A DNA stretch of 64,000 nucleotides, taken from Minisyncoccota bacterium (GTDB lineage Bacteria; Patescibacteriota; Minisyncoccia; UBA6257; GWB1-50-10). Position 1 is the stretch's first letter. Each line of letters starts with the position of its first letter. The stretch is taken from the NCBI GenBank assembly GCA_020059915.1, contig JAGVBB010000002.1, positions 62,129-126,128 of the forward strand, given 5' to 3'. This document shows, one piece after another, positions 17,305-26,956 of the stretch. Under the pieces are notes generated by a model that was not told where the DNA came from, ran no database searches, and saw only the letters and a program-made list of their open reading frames with translations. The position numbers and the translations under genes were made by a program.

Positions 17305-18636
17305 TTAATATATATCGTGTTTCTTAATATATTCTCGTGGAAGCCCAATCATTATTCCTAAAACACCAAAAAACATCAATCTACCAACATTGTTTGTTAT
17401 CGCGTAGTGATCAAAGAATCCCGTAAGAATAAATATTGTTATCAACAATAGTGGGAAAAAATAATCTAACAAAAATAAATTTTTTCTTCGTTCTACAATA
17501 ATTTTTATTATAGAAAAACAAAAAACTATAAACCCAAGTATTCCCAACTCCTCGGCTACAAGTAAATAAATATTATGCACGGGTTGGTGTGTCGCAAGAT
17601 TGGTGAGCTTGTAGGTATTATACAACCCTTCGCGTTCCGCACTCATGATTCCATTTCCAACACCCACACCAAATGGATATTGATTAATAAGAGAACGGGC
17701 GATATGTGAATAAATGACTCGTTCTTGTATAGCAGAATCTGTTTTTTCTACTGTACCTCGGGAAACTATTGCCCAGCCAAATATTCCAAAAACAGTGGTT
17801 CCAACAACGAGCCCAGCAATAAGCAGTTCCCTTGCAGTATGTTTGAACTGTTTTTTAAAAAATAAAAATAAAATACAAATAATGTATAAAAAGAGTGAAA
17901 CAAACCATGCGGACCGAGAAAATGAAACAATTAGACCAAGGGCGAGGAAAAAAAGTCCTATAAGCGCAACCGATCTATGTGCCACTCCGTGTCTTTTTGA
18001 TGGAGCCACAAATAAATATATCCAAGCAATAAACCCAACAACAAAGACTGCGCCCAAAATATTAGGATGAGAAAGTGTTCCATATGGACGCAAAAAAAGA
18101 GCCTCAAACACATTAAACTTTGCAATATTCCGCGTAAATTCATTAAATACTTCCTCACCCAAAAAGCGCAAACCAATACTTCCCTGATTTAAAAATTGTA
18201 ATAATGCAATTTCTACCTGAACGAGCGCGCTAACCGCAAATGCCTTCATTATATCCCGTACCGAAATGATGTGATTACGCACCAACACACCAATACAACA
18301 CATGAACAACACCGCAATAAGTATGTGAAAAGAAAAAACTACACCGAGTAATATATTATCTGCAACACTTACAGAGATAAAAGAGAGGAGAGAAAAAACT
18401 AAAAAGGGCCAATTTTCTCTACAAATCAAAGATAGTTCTTTCTTTTTATAGAAAAAAACAATGAAAATAAAGGCGATCACCAATAATTCAATCACAAATA
18501 AAAATATACTAGAAAATTCCAAAGAATAATTTTGGGCGTGGGGAACTAATGGTCCAATATATTTTTTTATATTAAACGGCAACAAAAAGAAAACTATAAT
18601 AGCAAACCATCTCAAAAAATTATTTTCTTTTGTCAT
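17305..18636 (-). CDS. O-antigen ligase/Wzy_C family membrane protein
   Basis: RPYGTLSHPNILG, SFSRSAW, PFGVGVGN, QPVHNIYLLVAEELGILG, FDHY. Confidence 0.88.
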   Translation of the reverse strand: MTKENNFLRWFAIIVFFLLPFNIKKYIGPLVPHAQNYSLEFSSIFLFVIELLVIAFIFIVFFYKKKELSLICRENWPFLVFSLLSFISVSVADNILLGVVFSFHILIAVLFMCCIGVLVRNHIISVRDIMKAFAVSALVQVEIALLQFLNQGSIGLRFLGEEVFNEFTRNIAKFNVFEALFLRPYGTLSHPNILGAVFVVGFIAWIYLFVAPSKRHGVAHRSVALIGLFFLALGLIVSFSRSAWFVSLFLYIICILFLFFKKQFKHTARELLIAGLVVGTTVFGIFGWAIVSRGTVEKTDSAIQERVIYSHIARSLINQYPFGVGVGNGIMSAEREGLYNTYKLTNLATHQPVHNIYLLVAEELGILGFIVFCFSIIKIIVERRKNLFLLDYFFPLLLITIFILTGFFDHYAITNNVGRLMFFGVLGIMIGLPREYIKKHDIY

Positions 18637-18749
18637 ATATAAGGGGTGGTGTCTCTTGAATTATAACAACAAAATATACACAAAAGAAAAGTGCCCGCGT
18701 CTATAACAACATTCGCGAGCACTTCAATGAGTTTATTTCTTTTTTTGTT

Positions 18750-19403
18750 TTATCCAATAAATTTTCCCCGAATTCCATTTTTCTCTTCTTCTTCGTGAAT
18801 AAGAACAAGAAGTTTTTCAACAAGTTCCGCTGGATCACTTGAAAAAACAACATTCCCAAATCCTCGATGTGACTTTTCAAGAAGTTCTCTGATATAGTCC
18901 GCCGTCCCCCCAGACCCTTCAAGAACACCCATTGGTTTGTGGTCCTCAAATCCAATAGTAAACTCATTAAGTGTCCCTATCCGTCCACAAATAGTGATAA
19001 TCGCATCTGCAGAACGAGTGAGAAGTAGATTTCTTCCAGAATAATCAAATCCTGTATATACAATTAAATCGTGGTAATCAATTGGAAGATGGTAGCTTTT
19101 TATATGTGCAAGCTTTGATGCTGCTGGCGAAAGGCCTATAACAATACCACCTTCTGCTTTCGCTCCTTTTGCTGAAAAGTACGGCATTCCTGTGGTTGCC
19201 CCCGTGACAAGGACAAGGCCCCTCTTTGCTATTTCCCTTCCAATATCCTCTGCTTTTTTAAATGAGTCTTTTGCGCAATGTCCTGTTTCTGCCGCTCCAG
19301 ATACACAAAATTTATATTTTAATGTATGGGTAAGATGATCTAAAGGATTTTTTGTTTTTGTCACCTTTTTGACTTTTGTTGTTGTTTTTTTTGTTGTTGG
19401 CAT
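18750..19403 (-). CDS. LOG/SLOG-family protein (TIGR00725-like)
   Basis: VSGAA..GREIA..LVTGATTG..AKGA, RNLLL..SAD....GRIGTLNE. Confidence 0.85.
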   Translation of the reverse strand: MPTTKKTTTKVKKVTKTKNPLDHLTHTLKYKFCVSGAAETGHCAKDSFKKAEDIGREIAKRGLVLVTGATTGMPYFSAKGAKAEGGIVIGLSPAASKLAHIKSYHLPIDYHDLIVYTGFDYSGRNLLLTRSADAIITICGRIGTLNEFTIGFEDHKPMGVLEGSGGTADYIRELLEKSHRGFGNVVFSSDPAELVEKLLVLIHEEEEKNGIRGKFIG

Positions 19404-19409
19404 GTGTAT

Positions 19410-20765
19410 TTATAATATCACGGTTTCATTGTGTTGTGGGACTCTTGCGTGTATATCCAAGTCGGAATGTATCTTTTCTGCAAGGGCCTCAGCGCTCTCA
19501 AGTTCCCCTTGTACAACAAACACTTGTTGTATTGGTTTTTTAATTTCTGAAACCCAACGAACAAGTTGGGGCTGATCGGCGTGTGCTGAATATCCACTAA
19601 TCGCATGGACCTTACATTTTACAAAGATATCTTCTTTTGCAATTTTTATAATTTTTTCACCATTAAGAATTCTTCTCCCCAACGATTCATTGCTTTGATA
19701 TCCAACAAATAAAATTGAACTTCTACTATCCCCCAAATATCTTTTTTCGTGATGTATAATTCTCCCCCCTTGCGACATTCCCGAACCAGCGATAATAACT
19801 TTTGGAGGAGGCACATCGTTTATCGCTTTTGATTCCTCTGTGGTAAGCGAAAGAGATAATCCAGGAAAATTAAATATTGCATCACCTTTTTTAATTAACC
19901 CAATCGCTTCTTTATTAAAATACATGTTATTCGCAGAATATTTGCGATATACCTCAGTAAGTTTTATAGCAAGCGGACTATCAATAAACACAGGAATTCT
20001 TGGTATTTTTCTGTTTTCAACAAGCTCATTTAACTCATACACCATTTCCTGTGTCCGTTCGAGTGCAAACGCAGGAATCATCACTACCCCCCTTGTTTTA
20101 ATTGCTTGTTTTATAACCGTTTGTAATTCTTCTTTTCTTCTATCAACATTTTCGTGGATTCTCCCTCCATATGCAGACTCGATAAGAACATAGTCCGCAC
20201 CACCTTCAATATATTCTGTCGGATTGATAAACGGAGCAGGAATATTACCAAGGTCACCAGAAAATATAATTTTCTTTCCCTCAACCTCAACAAGAATTGA
20301 TGACGATCCAAGAATATGACCAGCATCATAAAAAGATATTTTAAATGGACCAACAACCTTATGCGTGTGATATGGAACCCCCTCCCATAGATGCATTACT
20401 CGTTCCACGTCTTCAGTTTCATATAATGGTGGTTTGTTTCCCGCCTCGACGGATAAAATATGTTCCGTGTCCAACAACAATGCTTCTGCCATATCTTTTG
20501 TTGGTTCTGTAGAAATTATTTTTCCGCGAAATCCGTCTTTATATAATTTGGGAACGCGTCCTATGTGATCAATGTGTCCATGTGTTATAAATACTGCATC
20601 TATTTCCTCTGGATTATAAGTAAACGCATCATAGTTCATTTCTTCGCAAAAATGCGATCCCTGAAACAACCCACAATCAATGAGAATTTTTGTGTTTTCT
20701 GACTCAAGAAGATAATTCGCCCCAGTAACAGACGCGGCCCCCCCACAAAATGTAAGTTTCACCAT
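19410..20765 (-). CDS. Metallo-beta-lactamase/beta-CASP RNA-metabolising nuclease
   Basis: THGHIDHIG, DAGHILGS, FSGDLG, PAFALERTQE, AGSGM..GGRI.HH, YSAHAD. Confidence 0.93.
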   Translation of the reverse strand: MVKLTFCGGAASVTGANYLLESENTKILIDCGLFQGSHFCEEMNYDAFTYNPEEIDAVFITHGHIDHIGRVPKLYKDGFRGKIISTEPTKDMAEALLLDTEHILSVEAGNKPPLYETEDVERVMHLWEGVPYHTHKVVGPFKISFYDAGHILGSSSILVEVEGKKIIFSGDLGNIPAPFINPTEYIEGGADYVLIESAYGGRIHENVDRRKEELQTVIKQAIKTRGVVMIPAFALERTQEMVYELNELVENRKIPRIPVFIDSPLAIKLTEVYRKYSANNMYFNKEAIGLIKKGDAIFNFPGLSLSLTTEESKAINDVPPPKVIIAGSGMSQGGRIIHHEKRYLGDSRSSILFVGYQSNESLGRRILNGEKIIKIAKEDIFVKCKVHAISGYSAHADQPQLVRWVSEIKKPIQQVFVVQGELESAEALAEKIHSDLDIHARVPQHNETVIL

Positions 20766-20870
20766 ATGTATGTATTATAGCTGATTACTTGACAAAATGG
20801 TTCTACTATTGATTTTTCTATAATTATGTGTTATAATTAAAACATTAAAAATTAAATATGTGGAGACACA

Positions 20871-21167
20871 ATGTTTACAAAAAACAGGGCAAAGAAACGC
20901 GTTCGCACAGAACAGTTTCGTTGCACAGTATTTGTATCAACAAACAATAAAGTTTGTCATACCGTAGATGTTTTTTCCCGGTACGCTCACAATTTGCACG
21001 ACTTCCTATTTCTTATCCATTACAACATGGAGAAAGAACTCGGAAGAAAAATTCTTTGGACCGATATTAGTGTTAAAAAAATTGAACTCCTTGAACTCGG
21101 TTCTTGGAAAACTGTTATTCCAAATGAAGACAATATTGCAAATATTAAAATGAAAAACCCCCGCTAG
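20871..21167 (+). CDS. Hypothetical protein (solitary)
   Basis: 98 aa; TTGATT-17-TATAAT promoter, GGAG SD, terminator at 21155-21174. Confidence 0.6.
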   Translation: MFTKNRAKKRVRTEQFRCTVFVSTNNKVCHTVDVFSRYAHNLHDFLFLIHYNMEKELGRKILWTDISVKKIELLELGSWKTVIPNEDNIANIKMKNPR

Positions 21168-21172
21168 GGGGT

Positions 21173-22426
21173 TTATATTTTTTCTAATTCTTCTTCAAAA
21201 ACGCGTCGTTCGTTCCATGACTCCTTTCTTCCTTTTTCCCAACGAATCCACTCCTCGCTTCCCTTTCCTGTTCCAATAACCACATCTCCTTTTTGTGCTC
21301 TTGTAAGTGCATAGTGAATCGCTTCACGTCTATCAAGGATTATTTTTATATTCTGATCAGGAAACCTTGTTTTCAAAATACCCTTTTTAATTTCATCAAT
21401 AATTTCGTTTTGATCCTCATCAAACGGGTCCTCATTGGTGAGCACTATCTCGCTACAATACGATCCTGCAATCTTACCGAATTCTTCTCGCTTCCATTTA
21501 TCTCTTCCCCCACCAGCAGCCCCCAAGACACAGATAAGAGAGTTTGTTGGTAACTCACAGTATTCTTTTTTTGCAACACTATACGCTTTTTCTAGAGAAT
21601 CCGGCGTGTGTGCATAATCAACAACAACAGTAAATGGTTTTTGTTGAACAACTTCAAACCTCCCTGATACACCCTTAAATTTCGAGAGCGCTTTGATTAT
21701 AACCTCTGATGAAACACCTTGATTAATTGCAAATGTTTGTGCAAGCGCGCTGTTTTCTAAATTAAAATCGGCGAATATCCATTTATTAAATTTTTCACGG
21801 GCTCGGTCACTTGTTATATCAACAAAATCGGCAATCCACCGCAAAAAATCTGTTTTTGAAGAAAATAAAACAGAACTCCCCAAATTATGTTGTACAGTCT
21901 CTCTAAATGTGTCTGCTTCCTTATCTTCTTTATTAATAAGAAATGTGTGTTTATGTTTGTTTGATTTTGAAACATAAGAAAAAAACGAAAGCTTTGCTTG
22001 TTTGTATGCCTCATACGATCCATGTGATTCAATATGCTCTGGTGATAAATTGGTAAATACCGCACAATCCCAATCTATACATTTGTGCCTGTGTTGCACT
22101 ATACCCTGCGAGGTTACCTCAATAAATGCATATGTGCATTTCGCACGCACTGCCTCACGAAGGAATTTTTGTATTACCATTCTTCCTGGCATTGAATTTC
22201 CTGTCTTATTTTTTTCCATCTTTTCTCCAATTTTTTTTGTAACGGAAGAAAGAACAGCATTTTTTTCTCCTGTCTCGTCCATAATCGCGCTCATAATCTC
22301 TAGCGTCGTTGATTTTCCTTTTGTCCCAGTGACTCCAACAACAAAAATTTTTCTACTAGGAAATAAAAAAAACACATTTCCAAGAAACGCCCATATGTAG
22401 TGATACAGAGAAAATAGAAAACTCAT
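21173..22426 (-). CDS. murE: UDP-N-acetylmuramyl-tripeptide synthetase (lacks the N-terminal domain)
   Basis: GVTGTKGKST, EVTSQG, FTNLSPEHIESH, GRFE, VDYAHTPDSL, GGGRDKWKR, NEDP, TGKGSE. Confidence 0.9.
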   Translation of the reverse strand: MSFLFSLYHYIWAFLGNVFFLFPSRKIFVVGVTGTKGKSTTLEIMSAIMDETGEKNAVLSSVTKKIGEKMEKNKTGNSMPGRMVIQKFLREAVRAKCTYAFIEVTSQGIVQHRHKCIDWDCAVFTNLSPEHIESHGSYEAYKQAKLSFFSYVSKSNKHKHTFLINKEDKEADTFRETVQHNLGSSVLFSSKTDFLRWIADFVDITSDRAREKFNKWIFADFNLENSALAQTFAINQGVSSEVIIKALSKFKGVSGRFEVVQQKPFTVVVDYAHTPDSLEKAYSVAKKEYCELPTNSLICVLGAAGGGRDKWKREEFGKIAGSYCSEIVLTNEDPFDEDQNEIIDEIKKGILKTRFPDQNIKIILDRREAIHYALTRAQKGDVVIGTGKGSEEWIRWEKGRKESWNERRVFEEELEKI

Positions 22427-22432
22427 AAATAA

Positions 22433-22999
22433 TTATTTTTTTCTTCCAATCATTCTTAACGCACTTCTCAATCGATCCTCTGTGGTCTCTCCTTCCGCAT
22501 CAGATGCCATACTCCGAGCAATGGACCGTGGATACCCAAGATTAACAAGAACTTCCTCAACCTCCTTTCGTAGATCATACGTTGCTGTCGATGCTCCAAC
22601 AGAAAATCCTTTCATTTTTGTGTGTAATTCTAAAATAATCCTTTCTGCTGTTTTTCCCCCTATTCCGGATGCTCGAGAAAGAATATCTGCTCTCTTTTCG
22701 AGGATGGCTGCGGTTGTGTTGGGAATAGTATCAAGGTCTAATATACCAAGAGCTGTTTTTGGGCCAACACCAGAAACAGAAATAAGCATCTCAAATAGTA
22801 ATAATGACTCCTCACTGAGAAAGCCAAATATATCAAACGCATCTTCCCGCACATGTGCGTGTACGTATATAGTGACTGTTCCACTAATAACTTTCAGTGT
22901 GTTTGAATTGCTAAACACTTTATATCCCACATCGCCAACGTGGAGCACAAAAAAATCTTTTTTTACCACCCCAACCGTGCCATTCATTGAGTACCACAT
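22433..22999 (-). CDS. ruvA: Holliday junction branch migration protein RuvA
   Basis: VGY.V, HVREDA..IFGF, LISVSGVGPKTAL, GIGGKTAERIILEL. Confidence 0.96.
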   Translation of the reverse strand: MWYSMNGTVGVVKKDFFVLHVGDVGYKVFSNSNTLKVISGTVTIYVHAHVREDAFDIFGFLSEESLLLFEMLISVSGVGPKTALGILDLDTIPNTTAAILEKRADILSRASGIGGKTAERIILELHTKMKGFSVGASTATYDLRKEVEEVLVNLGYPRSIARSMASDAEGETTEDRLRSALRMIGRKK

Positions 23000-23114
23000 A
23001 CAGTAAGTATAACCTACAAAATATTGACTACAATATACTACTTATTTGTCAGTGTTTACTTTTTGGCTCGTTTGACTTTTTGGTAAAAATACGCTTTACT
23101 GTGTCTATAGAAAT

Positions 23115-23366
23115 ATGCCAAAGACAAGTTCAGCAAAAAAGGCTCTACGACAGACAAAAACAAGAAATGCTCGCAACCTTGGAAGAAAAACAAAACTCAA
23201 GATTGCAGTGAAAGATTTTGCTCGTGCAATAGCAACAGACAAAGAAACAGCAAAAACGAAACTTGCAGAGACCTACAAAACAATAGACAAGATGGCAAAG
23301 GTAAAACTTATTAAAAAGGGTAAGGCAAACCGAATGAAATCACGTCTTGCAAAAAGAATAAAATAA
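23115..23366 (+). CDS. rpsT: 30S ribosomal protein S20
   Basis: MPKTSSAKKALRQ..RN..KT..K..IDK.AK..IKK.KANRMKSRL. Confidence 0.96.
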   Translation: MPKTSSAKKALRQTKTRNARNLGRKTKLKIAVKDFARAIATDKETAKTKLAETYKTIDKMAKVKLIKKGKANRMKSRLAKRIK

Positions 23367-23389
23367 TACCGCCACTGGCGGTATTATTT
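23361..23389. terminator. Bidirectional terminator between rpsT and holA
   Basis: AAATAATACCGCCA-C-TGGCGGTATTATTT. Confidence 0.7.
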
Positions 23390-24193
23390 TTTTAAAACAA
23401 ACTCCAAAAGAACATCTTCATATTCCGCCTTCCCACTTTTTATTTTTACATCAAGGTTGGCTAATTGTTCTATTTCCTTTCCTCGTGCAAGGAATGCAAT
23501 GGTATTAAAAAGATGTGCAGGATCAACGTTGTTTAAAAAAGCACGTTCAAGTATTGCTATGCGTTTTTTTATATCTTTTTCGAATATAATCTTTTTTGCC
23601 GCAAAAAAAGCATCTTCTTTTTGTGTTGTTTGTATAATTAGGTGAAGTTTTTCTTTGGTAATTTCCTTCTCTCCAAAAAACAACTCAAACTTTTTTAACT
23701 CTTGAACACCTGCGGCACTTTTTAATTGAAATGTCTCTATGTGTTCCACAAAGTCCTCCCAAGCATCTCGTGAAAAAGAAAGGCTTCGCATCTCTGCTTC
23801 TTTTTTTAAGAAGACACTCAACGATCTCCTGTCGAGCTCTGCATATTCTGTTGATTTCACAGAAGGATCAAGTAAAAAAGAAAAATTCTTTTTTGGTGCA
23901 TTGGTATCAGAAATAATAAGTATGTGTTCTTTTGAATCAATTTCTTTTTTGAGCAACCCCCTCCACTCTTTATTGTCGGCAACTCCACTTTCATAGATCA
24001 CTGCGGTTTTTGTCTCTGAAAACATTGATGGTTGTGATAAAAAATCTTTTACCTCCTTCCATGTTTCTTTTTCTTCTTCCAAATCAAAAATACCAATATC
24101 CGCGTCTTTTCTTTTTTCGCGGTTTACCTTGAGAAGCTCCCGAACCTTCACTTCTCTCCTATATATATCTGGTCCATATAGGAAAATGATCAT
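23384..24193 (-). CDS. holA: DNA polymerase III delta subunit (start revised to ATG 24193)
   Basis: MIIFLYGPD..; PSMFS..; C-terminal L.NLD.KIKSG; convergent with rpsT. Confidence 0.82.
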   Translation of the reverse strand: MIIFLYGPDIYRREVKVRELLKVNREKRKDADIGIFDLEEEKETWKEVKDFLSQPSMFSETKTAVIYESGVADNKEWRGLLKKEIDSKEHILIISDTNAPKKNFSFLLDPSVKSTEYAELDRRSLSVFLKKEAEMRSLSFSRDAWEDFVEHIETFQLKSAAGVQELKKFELFFGEKEITKEKLHLIIQTTQKEDAFFAAKKIIFEKDIKKRIAILERAFLNNVDPAHLFNTIAFLARGKEIEQLANLDVKIKSGKAEYEDVLLEFVLKK

Positions 24194-24247
24194 TATCATC
24201 AATGTAGCAAAAAAAATCGCCCACGCATATAATGCGCGGGCAAATTA

Positions 24248-24727
24248 CTAATAAAAGAGTCCATATCCTTCTGTAAACCTAATATCTCGTTCAGTTATGT
24301 TCCAAATTTTTATATTAGATTTAAAGGAGTCAGTATTAGAAAAATTTACAACAGTACTAACTCTTCCGATCAGTTGATTCTTTGTATTGTATACAAAACC
24401 AATAAGTGCGGCGTCAATATTTCCAAATGTACCACCCGCATATACAGTTGCCCGTATTCCTGGTTTTATATAAAACCTTTTCAAATATGTTGGTCTACTA
24501 TCTCCAACAACCACCACATTTGCAAACTGAGAATTGATTTCGAAATCAATTTTTCCAATGACTTCCTTAAAAAGTTTCTGCGGACAAGTGATTACCACCA
24601 TATTTGAATGTACTGGCAAATTTGTCCTTACTCCGATTTCTACATATTGTCTGAGCACTCCACATCCTTCAAAAAGGAATAAGGAAAGCAAAATAAATAT
24701 GGGAAATAAAAATCTTAAACGTTTCAT
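24248..24727 (-). CDS. Hypothetical lipoprotein (solitary)
   Basis: Signal peptide ending LFEGC; TTGATT-17-TATAAT promoter; AGGAG SD. Confidence 0.65.
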   Translation of the reverse strand: MKRLRFLFPIFILLSLFLFEGCGVLRQYVEIGVRTNLPVHSNMVVITCPQKLFKEVIGKIDFEINSQFANVVVVGDSRPTYLKRFYIKPGIRATVYAGGTFGNIDAALIGFVYNTKNQLIGRVSTVVNFSNTDSFKSNIKIWNITERDIRFTEGYGLFY

Positions 24728-24867
24728 TTCAATCTCCTATTGAATTATTAATGATGGATATATTATACCACCAAATATATTAAAAATCAAGTATTCCCCA
24801 TATTTGTCAAGGTTTTGAAATACACGTCTTTTGAGCTTGTGTTTTGTAGAGTATACTTAGTATATAC

Positions 24868-26541
24868 ATGTTCAATAGCAAGCTACTTCAAGAACAACTT
24901 CAGAAAGCACGTCGTTTTGCGGAGGAAAATGATGCAAAACGCCGCGCGGTGCAGATTGGTGCTCCCTACCTTGATATCATTACTACACGCGTTCCTACAG
25001 AACTAAAAGCGATGAAACAGGTACAAGAAAATGAGGCAAGAAAAGCTCTTCTTGTTCCACTACACACCACAAAATCAAAAATTGTCATTGCAGCTTTTGA
25101 CCCACGTCTTCCAGAAACACACACTATTATTGAGAGATTAAAATCTGAAGGACTTCAGGTTGAAATTCGTATTGTGTCAAAACCAAGCTTGGAACATGGG
25201 TGGGGGTATTATAAATATGTTCCGGAGGACACAAAAGAAATTTCAGGAAAGGTTGATGTTAATGAAGAAAACCTTGGCATTATACTTGGTGCAGTAAAGA
25301 CACTCGGCGACCTTGAGGAACATCTCAAAAATTTTTCAAGCCCATTTGTGTCTCAGATGCTTGAAATTATTCTTGCGGGAGCAATGGCACTCAAGGCATC
25401 TGATATTCACTTGGAGCCAATTGATGAGGCGGGAGTTCTTCGTCTCCGTATTGATGGCATTCTTCATACGGTGTTTGATAAGTTTTCTCCTCATATTTAT
25501 AAATCAGTCATTACGCGTATAAAATTATTATCAAACCTCAAATTAAATATTGTTAACGAACCACAGGATGGGAGGTTTACTATTGGATTAAAAAATAGAG
25601 ACATAGAGGTTCGTACATCAATTATCCCTTCTGAATATGGGGAAACGGTTGTTATGCGTATATTGGATCCATCAGCACTTAAGGTAAATCTTGAAGACCT
25701 TGGCTGGAGAAAAGATGATCTTGCAATAATCAAGGAGGTTATCAACCAACCAAATGGGCTTATTTTAAATACTGGGCCAACAGGATCAGGAAAAACCACA
25801 ACACTATATGCGTTTCTTAAAAGTGTGCGGTCTTCGGAAATAAAAATAATAACCGTAGAAGATCCTATTGAATATCACCTTGAAGGCGTATCACAAACAC
25901 AAGTAAATTCAAATGCAAATTATACATTTGCATCTGGACTTCGTTCCATTCTCCGACAAGATCCTGATGTTATTCTTATTGGAGAAATTCGTGATCAAGA
26001 AACAGCAGAAATTGCACTAGAGTCATCACTCACTGGACACCTTGTATTTTCAACACTCCACACGAACGACGCTATTGGAGCAATTCCCCGATTTCTTGAC
26101 TTGGGGGCAAAACCGAATATTTTAGGGCCGGCACTCACATTAGTAATAGCCCAACGACTTGTTCGTGTTTTATGCAAAGAATGTAGAGAAAAAATTGAAC
26201 CTACAAAGGAATTAACATCCACCATTTCTCAATTTATAAACAAACTTCCTAATAGGATTGATAAGTCTGCATATACAAACATTGAAATGTATTCTGCAAA
26301 AGGGTGCCCCTCCTGTGCAGGATTGGGATATCACGGACGCGTTTCAATATTTGAATTATTTCTTGTTAATAATGATATAAAAGAATTAATTTATAAAAAT
26401 CCAACAGAAATGCAATTATTTACATCAGCAAGGTCTCAAGGAATGGTCACCATGCAAGAGGACGGTCTCTTGAAAGTTCTTCAAGGTATTACAACTACAG
26501 ACGAAGTTGAACGAGCAACAGGAACAATAAAGTGGGAGTAG
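24868..26541 (+). CDS. pilB: Type IV pilus/T2SS assembly ATPase (PilB/GspE family)
   Basis: ASDIHLEP, PQDGRF, TGPTGSGKTTTLY, TVEDPIEY, LRQDPDVILIGEIRD, TGHLVFSTLHTND, CxxC..CxxC. Confidence 0.93.
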   Translation: MFNSKLLQEQLQKARRFAEENDAKRRAVQIGAPYLDIITTRVPTELKAMKQVQENEARKALLVPLHTTKSKIVIAAFDPRLPETHTIIERLKSEGLQVEIRIVSKPSLEHGWGYYKYVPEDTKEISGKVDVNEENLGIILGAVKTLGDLEEHLKNFSSPFVSQMLEIILAGAMALKASDIHLEPIDEAGVLRLRIDGILHTVFDKFSPHIYKSVITRIKLLSNLKLNIVNEPQDGRFTIGLKNRDIEVRTSIIPSEYGETVVMRILDPSALKVNLEDLGWRKDDLAIIKEVINQPNGLILNTGPTGSGKTTTLYAFLKSVRSSEIKIITVEDPIEYHLEGVSQTQVNSNANYTFASGLRSILRQDPDVILIGEIRDQETAEIALESSLTGHLVFSTLHTNDAIGAIPRFLDLGAKPNILGPALTLVIAQRLVRVLCKECREKIEPTKELTSTISQFINKLPNRIDKSAYTNIEMYSAKGCPSCAGLGYHGRVSIFELFLVNNDIKELIYKNPTEMQLFTSARSQGMVTMQEDGLLKVLQGITTTDEVERATGTIKWE

Positions 26542-26579
26542 TTCTTAAAAAATAACCACCCCTCTTTGATATATAAAAT

Positions 26580-26783
26580 AAACCCCGCCAGTCTTCTATA
26601 GACTGGCGGGATTCGTTCACTAGGGTCTGTGGGCAGCACGCCGTTAGGCTTGTTTTAAAAACCTCCCTCAATGAGCTTGAGAAAGGACCGAATGTTTCCG
26701 AGGAGTTCTCCAGCCGAAACCAAAGAGTCCTTTAAAATAGTTTAAGAAATGCATCCGTTTGCCCACAGACCTTAATGAACGAT
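26580..26783 (-). ncRNA. Structured non-coding RNA of about 200 nt, candidate 6S RNA
   Basis: Promoter TTGACA(26818-26813)-17-TAGTAT(26795-26790); 23-bp terminal stem (26782-26760 with 26635-26613); internal bubble and apical stem; intrinsic terminator 26580-26612. Confidence 0.6.
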
Positions 26784-26956
26784 GTTAAAATACTAGCACA
26801 CAAATATAAATTTGTCAATACCAGGAAACGTGCCTACTATGTATATAGCACTCTTTTACATGTGTCAATGCCTATAAAATATAGAAAAAATCAACACTTT
26901 TCCCCCACCTCGTATTCCCAATAATTCTTATTTATCATATAGTTATAGTAGACTAC

